In this document: positions 1 through 9,029 of the stretch, one piece after another
How positions within the stretch are numbered: position 1 is the stretch's first letter
Layout of the letters: each line of letters opens with the position of its first letter
NCBI GenBank assembly: GCA_964588955.1
Contig: CAZPQJ010000006.1
Span: forward strand, 3,580-67,579
Direction of reading: 5' to 3'
Source of the DNA: an uncultured Gammaproteobacteria bacterium
Lineage (GTDB): Bacteria; Patescibacteriota; Patescibacteriia; UBA9934; CAMTUG01
DNA: 64,000 nt
Notes under the pieces: model-generated
The model's database searches: none
The model's input: only the letters and a program-made list of their open reading frames with translations
What the model was told of the DNA's origin: nothing
Position numbers and translations under genes: made by a program

Positions 1-1041
1 ATTAAACGCGATCGTCACATGCAAGACGTCTACAAGTTTCAAGGGGCGTTTTACGCTGAAGTCTTAGCTCGTGTGCAAGGAACCAAGCCGGTGCAAGGTT
101 ACGTGATGTCTCCCGACGGCACGGTGCAAGAGTATTTTTTAGATGAAGTGGAGAGTGATTTTCGTTGGACGCTGGAAGAAATAGAAAAGATTTTGGCTGG
201 ACAAAAGCCCCCGCATTTTTTGACCAGCGGTTGCAAGCAATCCCCATGGTTTTCTACCTGTCGGGGAGATAGCATGGAGTGCGATGACTTGTCGCTCATT
301 AATCGCATTTGGCGCAGCGAAGTGGAAGCGCTCAAGCACGGTGGCATTCAAACCGTGCACCAACTCTCCGTGGCCGATCCAGATTTACTAGCGGCCAAAA
401 TCCCAACGATTACCCGCGACCGTTTTCACCATTTGCGCATGCAAGCCACCGCGCTTGCCGAAGGGCGCACGATTGTATTGCAGTCCGTACCGTTTCCGCC
501 GGCGCAGGTGGAATTGTATTTCGATATTGAAAGTTCGCCAGTGCGTGATTTGGAGTTTTTGTTTGGCGTGTTGATGGTGGACCATGGCCGCGAAGAATAC
601 AAAGCCTTTGTCGCCAAGAAACCAGAGGAAGAAGAAACGGCCTTTCGCGCTTGGCTAACGTTTTTGGAAGATTATCCGGAAGCGCCGATCTATCATTTTG
701 GTTGGTATGAAATTGAAGTCATGAAGCGACTGGGGGAGAAGTATGGGGTGTTGGAGACCGTTGAACAGGTGATTAAGCGTCAAATGCACGATGTGTTGAT
801 CATGATTCGTGACGCTGTATTGTTCCCGCTACATTTTTACTCGCTAAAAGACATTGCCAAGCTTTTGGGATTTACTTGGCGCGGCAAAGAAGCTTCCGGC
901 GTCAACGCGGTTGTTTGGTATGAGCAGTATTTGAAAACTCGACGAAAAGCCAAATTACAGGATATTATAGATTATAACGAAGACGACTGCCGGGCGACCT
1001 ACGTGGTGAAAAAATGGGTCGCGGAAAAAGCAGGAGAATAA
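1..1041 (+). CDS. RecB-family nuclease, TM0106-like (C-terminal RNase H-like exonuclease half); 5' end probably outside window
   Basis: The frame is open back to position 1, with no stop upstream of the Met at 19. The translation has the motif LYFDIESSP and a downstream YHFGWYEIEV region. These are typical of the YprB/RNase H-like 3'-5' exonuclease domain fused in TM0106-type nucleases. The family assignment is from remembered motif patterns. Confidence 0.5.
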   Translation: MKRDRHMQDVYKFQGAFYAEVLARVQGTKPVQGYVMSPDGTVQEYFLDEVESDFRWTLEEIEKILAGQKPPHFLTSGCKQSPWFSTCRGDSMECDDLSLINRIWRSEVEALKHGGIQTVHQLSVADPDLLAAKIPTITRDRFHHLRMQATALAEGRTIVLQSVPFPPAQVELYFDIESSPVRDLEFLFGVLMVDHGREEYKAFVAKKPEEEETAFRAWLTFLEDYPEAPIYHFGWYEIEVMKRLGEKYGVLETVEQVIKRQMHDVLIMIRDAVLFPLHFYSLKDIAKLLGFTWRGKEASGVNAVVWYEQYLKTRRKAKLQDIIDYNEDDCRATYVVKKWVAEKAGE

Positions 1042-1050
1042 TATATTTCT

Positions 1051-2130
1051 ATGGCACAGAAGGTCTCAACAAGAAAAATCATCGGTGCGCTCATGGCCTT
1101 TGTGCCGATTCCGCTTATTGTTACGGTCTTGGCCGGATACGCCATCGGTCAGTTTATTCTTAAGGATGTGCTGCGGGAACAAAGTGGATTGCTGATGACT
1201 GGTTTAGTGAGCGGGCGTTTTTTGTTGGGAATCATGGGTATTGTGGCTTTGGTGGGAATTATTTGTATTCCTATCGGCATCTATTTGTTAGTGAAGCGCG
1301 ACTCGGGATTTTTGATTGCCTTGCGGCGCTCTTCCTTGTACACGCAAATGCCGGAAGAACAGCTCGCGTTTGTGACGGGTCCTTCGTTCGGTGCGTTTTT
1401 GAATCCGTTTGTTTGGGCGATGGGTAACCACTTGTATTGGTGGGCAATGGGGATGTTTATTCCATTTTGGGGAATGTATGTGTGGGTGCGCATGATTGTG
1501 GATGGACGACGGTTGTCGTATGAAAAAGGTTGGGATACGTTCACGCATTTTCAACAAAGTCAGAAAACTCTCTTGCAGGTGATCGGTATTATGCTGTTGA
1601 TACAGCTGGTTATTCCCGTGATCTTTTTTATGCTGAGCGCCATGATTCCCGCGCTTCTTTTGTCGGGATTCCGTTCTTCCGTCAGCTCAACAACGCGTCA
1701 GACATCGACAGAGTCGTCATCGCTGGTTACCAACAGCACGGGTCGATCTTGCATCTTCTCGAAAGATACGGATCATGATTTGCTTTCAGATTTCGATGAG
1801 AAGTTATCGTTTTACACCGATGAACAAAAGGCGGACACCGACGGTGACGGATTCGACGACTTTTCGGAGTTGTTGCGCGGATACGATGCGGGGAGTACCA
1901 ATGGAAAAGTCATGACAGACACAGACAGTGATGGCGTCACAGATGCGGTGGAGAAAAAGATCTTCAAAAGTGATTATAAGCTCGTCGATACCGATGGTGA
2001 TGGAATACCTGATGGCGATGAAGTCAAAAACGGCGTTAATCCGGCGGCAACAGGAGAAACACTCGATGTCTTAAAAGAAGCCCGCGTGGCCGAATATGCA
2101 ACCTATGAACAACAATGTGCGCAAAATTAG
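1051..2130 (+). CDS. membrane protein with C-terminal thrombospondin type-3 (TSP3) Ca-binding repeats
   Basis: The N-terminus has several hydrophobic helices (LIVTVLAGYAIGQFIL, GIVALVGIICIPIGIYLLV). The C-terminus has repeated DTDGDGFDD, DTDSDGVTD and DTDGDGIPDGDE motifs. Confidence 0.55.
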   Translation: MAQKVSTRKIIGALMAFVPIPLIVTVLAGYAIGQFILKDVLREQSGLLMTGLVSGRFLLGIMGIVALVGIICIPIGIYLLVKRDSGFLIALRRSSLYTQMPEEQLAFVTGPSFGAFLNPFVWAMGNHLYWWAMGMFIPFWGMYVWVRMIVDGRRLSYEKGWDTFTHFQQSQKTLLQVIGIMLLIQLVIPVIFFMLSAMIPALLLSGFRSSVSSTTRQTSTESSSLVTNSTGRSCIFSKDTDHDLLSDFDEKLSFYTDEQKADTDGDGFDDFSELLRGYDAGSTNGKVMTDTDSDGVTDAVEKKIFKSDYKLVDTDGDGIPDGDEVKNGVNPAATGETLDVLKEARVAEYATYEQQCAQN

Positions 2131-3007
2131 TTGGCGCCTTCTTTTCCCACTCGCCCTTTTGGTTTTGGCTGTCGGTGTTTACGCCAAGCGTGGAGCTATT
2201 GAGGACGCCATTGCCAATTGGCAAAAACCCGATGTTGCCGAGGTGGCTTTTTCTGACGTTGGTACGGCGACGATTGTGCCTTTGGATGATGCCGGCGGAG
2301 CCGTGCCGGTGGAGGTGGAAGATGAAGACACGCCTGCCGCGTCGGACGAGGTAGATGATGTCGTCACTCCAACAACGCCGACTGACACCGAGGATGTTCC
2401 ACCGACGAAACCGACCACTCCCGCGACCACCTCGCTTCCCGCGGAATTCAACTTAGCTGTGCCATTTACTTCTCAAGCCCCTAAGAGCAATTGGGATGAA
2501 GTGCACGAAGAAACGTGCGAAGAAGCAGCGGCATTGATGGCTGCCTATTACTATCAAGGCAAGCCGGCTGGACAAATCAATTCCGATGAAGCCGACGCGG
2601 TACTCTTGAAAATTGTCGATTTTGAAAATAGCTTTTTTGGATTTTACAAAGACACCACCGCCGCCCAAACGGCCAGTCTGTTAGAAGCCTACTTTCAGTT
2701 AAACGCGGAATTGATTGTTGATCCAACGATCGAACAGATCAAGTCCGCACTCGTTGCTGGTCACCCCGTTATTGTTCCGGCCGCCGGGCAACAACTCGGT
2801 AACCCAAATTTTACTGGCGCGGGGCCGATTTATCACAACATTATTCTTAAGGGATACACCACCAAAGGCTTTATCAGCAACGATCCCGGCACGCGCCTCG
2901 GCGCCGATTATTTCTACTCCTACGACGTGCTCATGAACGCCATCCATGATTGGAACGGCGGCGACGTTCCTAACGGTCAAAAAATCGTGATTGTTGTGAC
3001 TCCTTAA
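2096..3007 (+). CDS. secreted C39-like (papain-fold) peptidase domain protein
   Basis: There is a signal-like N-terminus, a Pro/Thr linker, then VPFTSQAP..NW.E..CEEA with a later YHNIILKGY His. This is a Cys/His dyad pattern of the Peptidase_C39_2 type. A paralog lies at 42843..43502. The ORF overlaps the upstream ORF by 35 nt, so the true start may be an internal Met. Confidence 0.55.
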   Translation: MQPMNNNVRKISWRLLFPLALLVLAVGVYAKRGAIEDAIANWQKPDVAEVAFSDVGTATIVPLDDAGGAVPVEVEDEDTPAASDEVDDVVTPTTPTDTEDVPPTKPTTPATTSLPAEFNLAVPFTSQAPKSNWDEVHEETCEEAAALMAAYYYQGKPAGQINSDEADAVLLKIVDFENSFFGFYKDTTAAQTASLLEAYFQLNAELIVDPTIEQIKSALVAGHPVIVPAAGQQLGNPNFTGAGPIYHNIILKGYTTKGFISNDPGTRLGADYFYSYDVLMNAIHDWNGGDVPNGQKIVIVVTP

Positions 3008-3010
3008 TCT

Positions 3011-3469
3011 ATGACAGAAATTGCTCTTGGCGCGGCTATCTCGGGAATCATTGGCTTCCTTTTGGCGCTCCCTTCGATTGTGTTGGAGCCCAGCCGTCGG
3101 TTGAAACAATTACCGATGCTGTTAAATGTTCGAATTTTGTGGAATTGGAAGTTGAATGACCGTGAGGTGTTTAGTGTTTCCTTATTGTTTCACTTGATCA
3201 TTTCTACGCTTGTCGGTGGATTCTATGTGTGGTTCGCTAACAACGGCTGGTTGGTGATTACCCACGCGCCGTTTACCTTTCGTTCCGTGGTGATTTTTAC
3301 GGTAGCAACATGGATCGTTACCGGGCTGTTGGTGTATCCATTGTTGGGAATGGGTTGGTTTGCCAAGCGCGAAGGTAAACACATGTGGTTTGAAACGTTA
3401 GTGACCCATTTGCTGATCGGTGTTGGTTTTTGGCTTGGGGTGCAGTATTATCACCCGTTCTTTTTTTAG
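3011..3469 (+). CDS. small polytopic membrane protein, function unknown
   Basis: It is 152 aa, dominated by four hydrophobic segments, and tightly packed between neighbouring genes. Confidence 0.4.
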   Translation: MTEIALGAAISGIIGFLLALPSIVLEPSRRLKQLPMLLNVRILWNWKLNDREVFSVSLLFHLIISTLVGGFYVWFANNGWLVITHAPFTFRSVVIFTVATWIVTGLLVYPLLGMGWFAKREGKHMWFETLVTHLLIGVGFWLGVQYYHPFFF

Positions 3470-3472
3470 TGT

Positions 3473-4660
3473 ATGGACGCCGTTTTGAGCGTTACGGACT
3501 TTTTGAAGTTAGCCACCGAAGTGCTGCGCTTGAATATACAAAGTGGGGCGTTTGCTGTGGAGGGGGAGGTATCTGGCTATACGGTGAAAGATGGCAAGTG
3601 GATTATCTTTTCGTTGAAAGATGAGGCGGACGCGGCTTCGCGGTTGAAGTGTTTCGCTACCACCTTCAAGGTTTCTGGTTCTTTCGAGGATGGAATGAAA
3701 GTACGTGTTTGGGGATCACCAAGTGTGACCAAATGGAGCGAGTTGCAAATCAACGTCGAACGTATGGAGCCGGTGGGCGAAGGGGCGCTCAAGCGGGCGT
3801 ACGATTTGCTCAAAAGCAAACTTGAAGCGGAAGGATTATTTGACGCGGCGCGCAAGCGACCGATTCCTAAGTTTCCCGAACGGATTGGCTTGATTACTTC
3901 AAGCGATGCCGCCGCTTACGGAGACTTTTTGCGTATTTTGAATAATCGTTGGGGAGGAGTACGTGTCATCCACGCCGATGTGCGCGTCCAAGGTGCTTCG
4001 GCTGTTGAACAAATCCTCTCCGCCTTTTCGACCCTTTCCGCCCTTCCTATCGATCAACGTCCTGAAGTGATTGTCCTCACTCGCGGCGGTGGATCCCTGG
4101 AAGATTTGCACGCGTTTAACGACGAGCGGGTTGCGCGTGCTGTTTACGGTTCGACCATTCCCGTCGTTGTTGGTGTTGGTCACGAGCGGGACGAGTCGTT
4201 ATGTGATTTCGTCGCCGATGTGCGTGCCTCTACGCCGAGCAATGCCGCGGAGCGTGTGGTGCCCGATCGCCAGCAGATTTTGTATAGTTTGAAGATGATG
4301 GTGGAGCGACAGGGAGATACGTTGCATCGCGCCATCGACACGGGGCGCTCGGTGGTGCAAACCTACGATCGGGTGACGGGCTATTTTATGGATCGGCAGA
4401 AAACAAAAGTGGATGGCGTGGTTCAGCGTTTGCTCATGCAGTCTTCCAGTTGGATTGGGGGTATGGGCCAGCGCATCGATGGCTATGAACGTTTGTTGCG
4501 CAACCTAGATCCGACGCGCGTGCTGAGCCGTGGGTACTCGATTGTGACGTCTGGATCGAAGGTGGTGAAAGATGCGAGCAGCCTTGATCCGGGAGACGAC
4601 ATTACGGTACAATTCGCCCGTGGATCGGCTGAAGCGAGAGTTGAAAAGACGAAAAACTAA
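3473..4660 (+). CDS. xseA: exodeoxyribonuclease VII large subunit
   Basis: It has an OB-fold N-terminus. A central VIVLTRGGGSLEDLHAFNDERVARAV...PVVVGVGHERDESLCDFVADVRASTPSNAAE block is the conserved XseA catalytic region. The xseB gene follows. Confidence 0.85.
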   Translation: MDAVLSVTDFLKLATEVLRLNIQSGAFAVEGEVSGYTVKDGKWIIFSLKDEADAASRLKCFATTFKVSGSFEDGMKVRVWGSPSVTKWSELQINVERMEPVGEGALKRAYDLLKSKLEAEGLFDAARKRPIPKFPERIGLITSSDAAAYGDFLRILNNRWGGVRVIHADVRVQGASAVEQILSAFSTLSALPIDQRPEVIVLTRGGGSLEDLHAFNDERVARAVYGSTIPVVVGVGHERDESLCDFVADVRASTPSNAAERVVPDRQQILYSLKMMVERQGDTLHRAIDTGRSVVQTYDRVTGYFMDRQKTKVDGVVQRLLMQSSSWIGGMGQRIDGYERLLRNLDPTRVLSRGYSIVTSGSKVVKDASSLDPGDDITVQFARGSAEARVEKTKN

Positions 4661-4780
4661 TCTTTTAAAAACTAAACAAATACGAATGTCTAAAATCTAA
4701 ATCGGTTTAAACCCTTTAGAATTTAGTCTTTCCGATTTTGTTTGGACCTTCGTTTTTGAGATTTTAGTGTTTATAACTAT
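4661..4780. repeat. dispersed AT-rich modular repeat, self-complementary copy (modules ctttagaatttagtctttcc + gattttgtttggacctt)
   Basis: The same modules recur at 28705-28747 in swapped order, and related modules recur at 20761-20806 and 21964-22092. The two halves of the element are reverse-complementary (ctaaaatctaaatcgg ... ccgattttgtttgg...gattttag). It is inserted between xseA and xseB. Confidence 0.5.
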
Positions 4781-4984
4781 ATGCCATCAAAAAAAGAGAT
4801 CAATTTTGCTAAAGCGTTTGAGGAGCTCGAAGCCATCACCGAATGGTTTGAGCGCGACGGAGCTGACCTCGACGAAGGACTTAAAAAATTTGAGCGCGGC
4901 TTAGAGCTCGCCAAACAGTGCAAAGAAAAGTTGTCTGAAGTAGAGAACAAAGTCGAAACGATTAAGAAAAAATTTGTCGAATAA
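4781..4984 (+). CDS. xseB: exodeoxyribonuclease VII small subunit
   Basis: It is 67 aa with FEEALAELEAI-type helices (AFEELEAITEWFERDGADLDEGLKKFERGLELAKQCKEKL). It lies immediately downstream of xseA. Confidence 0.8.
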   Translation: MPSKKEINFAKAFEELEAITEWFERDGADLDEGLKKFERGLELAKQCKEKLSEVENKVETIKKKFVE

Positions 4985-5127
4985 TATGAAGGGCTATTCT
5001 AAAGCCGCGGCCCACAAAGGCAAAGTCGCTTATCGGACACCGTCGCGTATGCGACCGGTTACCATGAAGCCGATGAATAAGATCAAGATGTTCGATAATC
5101 AGAAGTTTGGTAAGTTGGATACATAAT

Positions 5128-5814
5128 ATGGCGACGTTTTTGCTGTCTGTTGGAGGATCAACGATTGTACCGGGAGGGAAAGTGAATGTGGAATTCTTAA
5201 AAGGGTTGCGTAAGCTTGTGGTGGAACGAGTGAAACTCGGAGATAAGTTTGTCATTATTTGTGGTGGCGGAGGAACATGTCGGGAGTATCAAGGGGGATT
5301 GAAGGAAATCATTAAACCGACAGCCAATGATCTTGACTGGCTGGGTATTTATACGACACATTTGAACGCGCAACTCGTTCGTTTCGTGTTTGGAAAGCTT
5401 GCGCATCCGGAGCTTGTGAATGATTACAAGACGTTCAATCCGAAAACGTGGAAGGGTGCCGTTGTCGTTGGTGGGGGGTTGAAGCCGGGTGGATCGACGG
5501 ATACAAACACAACATTGTTTGCGAAAAAGACGGGCGCCAAAATGATTATCAACATTTCCAACGTCGATTATTTGTACACCAAAGATCCACGCAAATTTAA
5601 AAATGCCGAACGCATTGGTGAAATTAGCTGGAAGAATTATCGCAAGATGATGGGCGGCAAATGGACTCCGGGGATGAACACACCGTTTGATCCAATTGCT
5701 TCCAAGCTGGCGGATCAAGCCAACATCGATGTTCTCCTTGTCGGATCGGACATTAAAAATTTGAGCAACGTGTTTTCTGATAAGCCGTTTAAGGGAACGG
5801 TTATTCATCGCTAG
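5128..5814 (+). CDS. pyrH: UMP kinase, archaeal/amino-acid-kinase type
   Basis: MATFLLSVGGS...VIICGGGGTCREY...VVVGGGLKPGGSTDTNTTLFAKKTGAKMIINISNVDYLYTKDP matches the carbamate-kinase-fold UMP kinase. The start is chosen at the second Met (5128); the ORF track starts at 5107. Confidence 0.7.
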   Translation: MATFLLSVGGSTIVPGGKVNVEFLKGLRKLVVERVKLGDKFVIICGGGGTCREYQGGLKEIIKPTANDLDWLGIYTTHLNAQLVRFVFGKLAHPELVNDYKTFNPKTWKGAVVVGGGLKPGGSTDTNTTLFAKKTGAKMIINISNVDYLYTKDPRKFKNAERIGEISWKNYRKMMGGKWTPGMNTPFDPIASKLADQANIDVLLVGSDIKNLSNVFSDKPFKGTVIHR

Positions 5815-5817
5815 GCT

Positions 5818-6573
5818 ATGTCGTTCATTCGCCCTCTTTCTACGCTTGGTCAACAGGATGTCGACGCAGTCGGTGGAAAAGGGGCGTCGCTCGGAGAGAT
5901 GATCCAGGCGGGTATCCCAGTGCCGCCTGGATTTGTGATTGTGGTGTCTGCGCACGAACAAGGCATGACCGATGATGTTGCGCGAGAGATTCTTCAAGCC
6001 TTCAAAACGTTGGGTGCGGACAAGGTTGCGGTGCGGTCGTCGGCGACGGCAGAAGATGGTGCCTCTGCCAGTTGGGCAGGGGAGCTGGAAACATATCTTA
6101 ACACCACGGAAGAGACCCTCCTTGACCGCGTCAACATGTGTTGGGATTCGCTTACCTCACCTCGAGCCGTGGCCTATCGTCAAGAACACGGGCAGCAAGA
6201 GGTCGCTATCTCCGTTGCGGTGGTTGTACAAAAGATGGTCAAGGCAGATGTTGCTGGGGTGGCCTTTACGGTGCACCCTGTTACGCACAGCCCAAATCAA
6301 ATCATGATCGAAGCCTGTTTAGGGCTTGGCGATAAGCTTGTGGGTGGGGAAGTTACTCCGAATAGTTACCTGGTAGACAAAGCCACCAAAGAGATTATTG
6401 AATGCGTTGTCATGGACGATGTGGTAGAACAAACACTGGCGGACGATACGGTGCAAGAACTCGCCCGATGGTGTGAACGCATCGAGAAGCATTATGGGCA
6501 TCCCTGCGACATTGAGTGGGCGATGGAGGGAGGGAAGTTGTATTTTTTGCAGTGTCGACCAATCACCGCGTGA
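5818..6573 (+). CDS. stand-alone PEP-utilising enzyme N-terminal (PPDK_N / ATP-grasp-like) domain protein
   Basis: GGKGASLGEM...VAVRSSATAEDGASASWAGELETYLN...LQCRPIT is the nucleotide-binding N-domain of PEP synthase/pyruvate phosphate dikinase. The protein ends where that domain ends, with no phosphohistidine or PEP domain. Confidence 0.6.
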   Translation: MSFIRPLSTLGQQDVDAVGGKGASLGEMIQAGIPVPPGFVIVVSAHEQGMTDDVAREILQAFKTLGADKVAVRSSATAEDGASASWAGELETYLNTTEETLLDRVNMCWDSLTSPRAVAYRQEHGQQEVAISVAVVVQKMVKADVAGVAFTVHPVTHSPNQIMIEACLGLGDKLVGGEVTPNSYLVDKATKEIIECVVMDDVVEQTLADDTVQELARWCERIEKHYGHPCDIEWAMEGGKLYFLQCRPITA

Positions 6574-6702
6574 TCGTATATTGCCAACAGGCTACAGCGA
6601 GCTGACGAGTTCTCTTTTCGCACGCAGGCTTCTCGCCAATGTGTGCCGAGTACGAAAAGAGGGGGTCAGCGAGCCTCAGCCTGTTTATTTGATAAACGAA
6701 AA

Positions 6703-6730
6703 GCGGGGCGTTGCGGCCCCGCTTATCGGA
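6703..6730 (-). terminator. rho-independent terminator downstream of rplL
   Basis: The plus strand reads aaaagcggggcgttgcggccccgcttatcgg. On the minus strand this is a GC-rich hairpin (aagcggggc/gccccgctt) followed by a U-run (ttttcgtttat). Confidence 0.5.
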
Positions 6731-6743
6731 TTGAATGGTGAGA

Positions 6744-7151
6744 TTATTTCAAGGTCACCGAAGCGCCGGCAGCTTCAAGTTTTCCCTTAATGTCGTCAGC
6801 CTCAGCCTTCTTGGCTCCAGCTTTGACCACTTTCGGAGCGCCGTCAACCATGTCTTTGGCTTCCTTCAAGCCCAAGCCGGTGATTTCGCGCACCACTTTA
6901 ATCACGTTGATCTTTTGTTCGCCAGCAGAGGTGAGCTCGACGTCAAAGGAATCTTTGGCTTCTGCAGCGCCAGCATCGCCACCAGCGACCGGAGCGGCCA
7001 TCATCATGGCAGGAGCGGCAGCGGACACACCGAACTTGTCTTCAAGGATTTTGACGAGTTCCGCAAGATCCAAGACGCTCATTTTTTCGATTTCGGAGAC
7101 GAGGCTCTGGAACTTGGCCGGAACCTCCACGTTTTTCATTTCATCTGACAT
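6744..7151 (-). CDS. rplL: 50S ribosomal protein L7/L12
   Basis: It has an Ala-rich hinge ([23 protein letters not shown]) and a C-terminal [50 protein letters not shown] domain. Confidence 0.9.
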   Translation of the reverse strand: MSDEMKNVEVPAKFQSLVSEIEKMSVLDLAELVKILEDKFGVSAAAPAMMMAAPVAGGDAGAAEAKDSFDVELTSAGEQKINVIKVVREITGLGLKEAKDMVDGAPKVVKAGAKKAEADDIKGKLEAAGASVTLK

Positions 7152-7161
7152 AGGAGTTGTA

Positions 7162-7689
7162 TTAAACGGTTTTCTTATCTTTAACGGCGTTGAGTACGGT
7201 TACCAAGCCGCGGAGGTTGCCAGCAAGTACGTTGACAAAGCCAGAGACTGGCGCGTTGAGCGTACCCACGAGTTGTCCAAGCAATTGTTGCTTGCTCGGG
7301 AGTTTGGCAAGACTCTTGACCATGCTGGCATCAATGAATTTTCCTTCAAGGACACCGGCGCTGATCGACATTTTTTCACGGTCTTTCAGGAACTTGGCCA
7401 TGGTTTTGGCCGGAGTGACTTCGTCGCCGAAGCCGATCATGGTGAGAATCGATCCTTCGAGTTCGCGTGGCGCGAGGCCTTCGATGTTGGCCTCTTTGGC
7501 GGCGAGCTTGAGAAGAGTCTTCTTAGCCACGAACACTTTCATGTTCTCTTTTTTGGAGATGGCGCGCAGAGCGTTGGCATCGTCCATGGTGTAGCCGTTG
7601 ATCTGGGTAAAGACCGCGGACTTCATTCGTTTGAACATGTCGGTGACTTCGCTGACGACTTGTTCTTTTTGTTGGCGAGATTTTGCCAT
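7162..7689 (-). CDS. rplJ: 50S ribosomal protein L10
   Basis: [42 protein letters not shown]... is canonical L10. The start is set at the MAKS Met (minus-strand ATG at 7687-7689) rather than the upstream Met at 7755. Confidence 0.85.
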   Translation of the reverse strand: MAKSRQQKEQVVSEVTDMFKRMKSAVFTQINGYTMDDANALRAISKKENMKVFVAKKTLLKLAAKEANIEGLAPRELEGSILTMIGFGDEVTPAKTMAKFLKDREKMSISAGVLEGKFIDASMVKSLAKLPSKQQLLGQLVGTLNAPVSGFVNVLAGNLRGLVTVLNAVKDKKTV

Positions 7690-8037
7690 AGGTGATACCG
7701 CTGAAATTCCTTCATCTGCTGCGTTGCGGGGTCCCGCCACTTTGTCGACGTACATTTATGGTACGTCTCCAAAGCTGGCTTCCCCGCGCCTTGCAGCTGA
7801 AGTTTTTCAGCGGTCTCATTATGTTTCAGGTTAATCCTAGAAACAAAAATACGACCTTTAAAGCCGTGAGTTTCATCGAAAATCAAACCCGTAGGTCTGA
7901 AATTAAATGCCTCGACGGGACTTACTTGGCCTTTATCGGCCAAAACCCGTTGTCTACAGCTTGTGAGGGCAGTATAGGGGAAAGGCCGGATTTGGTCAAG
8001 AATTGGCGGGTCGAGCAATGGGAGTGGCTTTATAAAG

Positions 8038-9027
8038 TTACTTTTTAAAAATGTGTTCGCGATGGTAGGCAAGATATTCTTTCCTTTTGTTGCTTGGCGG
8101 CAGGGTAAACTTTCTTCCGTTCACAAGACTTAACTTCTTGATATTGAGAGGGGAGATGTATGGTGAAATAGCTATGATTCCATCATCCTGAAATGTAATA
8201 AATCCTTGATCAAATAGACGATCATAGGTAGGAGTCAAAAGTAACCCGTTGTTAAAATCAACTTTCTCGACATCGCTTGAGACGCTCCATGGTTTGATAT
8301 GACTTGCAACTAGGACACGTTCATCATTTACTCTCGTGATGACGCACTCAGAAGATTCGTCGAGCAACTTACGCCGGTACGTACCTTGTCCGATGCGTGC
8401 CTTAACGAGTTGTTCTTTTTCTTGAGCCGGGAGCACTTTCTCTTCAATCTCTTTTTCAACCTCACGTTCTTTTGCTGGATGATAATACGTGTTAAACGCG
8501 TAACTCAAGAGAGGTCTGAATAGAAAGAAAATAGTGCCGTCGGCAGCTTTAAGTTTGACAATAGAAACAAATGAGATGATTGGCAGAGCAATACCTCTAA
8601 AGTAGTCAAAAATACGCTCCTCAGACTTTATATAAAAACGTGAGGTATCCTGAGGCACTGCCCGTTCAAAGCTAAAGACTTCTCTATCAAGCAAATTCTG
8701 TAATTCTTGATAATATCCATCCCATGAACTAGAGATATCTTGACGATACTTTTGTTCTTGTTGCTCGTATTCGAATTTAGCGTCGTCTAGGTAATCAACC
8801 AAATCTCTTTTAAGAAATATTCCTTTCCCACTAAAATCCCCAAAGAAATCCCCGAAATCTTTCTTTTGCTGAGCACCTACATATAGCTTCGCCTCACCAT
8901 GTCCAGTTGTCCCCTCAAGTTTGTTATTTTTGACAAATGAATCTGCAATCGGAATGTTATCTACTTCATCGAGTACCTCAAATCGTTGTCCATCGATTTC
9001 TAGGAAGGTTGTTTCTTGATCAGTCAT
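8038..9027 (-). CDS. HNH-family endonuclease, putative type II restriction endonuclease
   Basis: The C-terminal RIGQGTYRRKLLDESSECVITRV...ASHIKPW block is the HNH_2-type nuclease motif. The N-terminal ~200 aa have no motif I recognise. The gene is AT-rich and co-oriented with, and 2 nt from, the C5-methyltransferase gene. Confidence 0.6.
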   Translation of the reverse strand: MTDQETTFLEIDGQRFEVLDEVDNIPIADSFVKNNKLEGTTGHGEAKLYVGAQQKKDFGDFFGDFSGKGIFLKRDLVDYLDDAKFEYEQQEQKYRQDISSSWDGYYQELQNLLDREVFSFERAVPQDTSRFYIKSEERIFDYFRGIALPIISFVSIVKLKAADGTIFFLFRPLLSYAFNTYYHPAKEREVEKEIEEKVLPAQEKEQLVKARIGQGTYRRKLLDESSECVITRVNDERVLVASHIKPWSVSSDVEKVDFNNGLLLTPTYDRLFDQGFITFQDDGIIAISPYISPLNIKKLSLVNGRKFTLPPSNKRKEYLAYHREHIFKK

Positions 9028-9029
9028 AA

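Noticed and set aside
5197-5997. 266-aa minus-strand ORF overlapping pyrH and the PPDK_N gene
   Set aside because: It is antisense to two well-supported genes and has low-complexity R/H/K composition with no motifs.
6790-7695. 301-aa plus-strand ORF and 7190..7594 ORF overlapping rplL/rplJ
   Set aside because: They are antisense to ribosomal protein genes with unmistakable sequences, and arise as Ala/Ser-rich frame artefacts.
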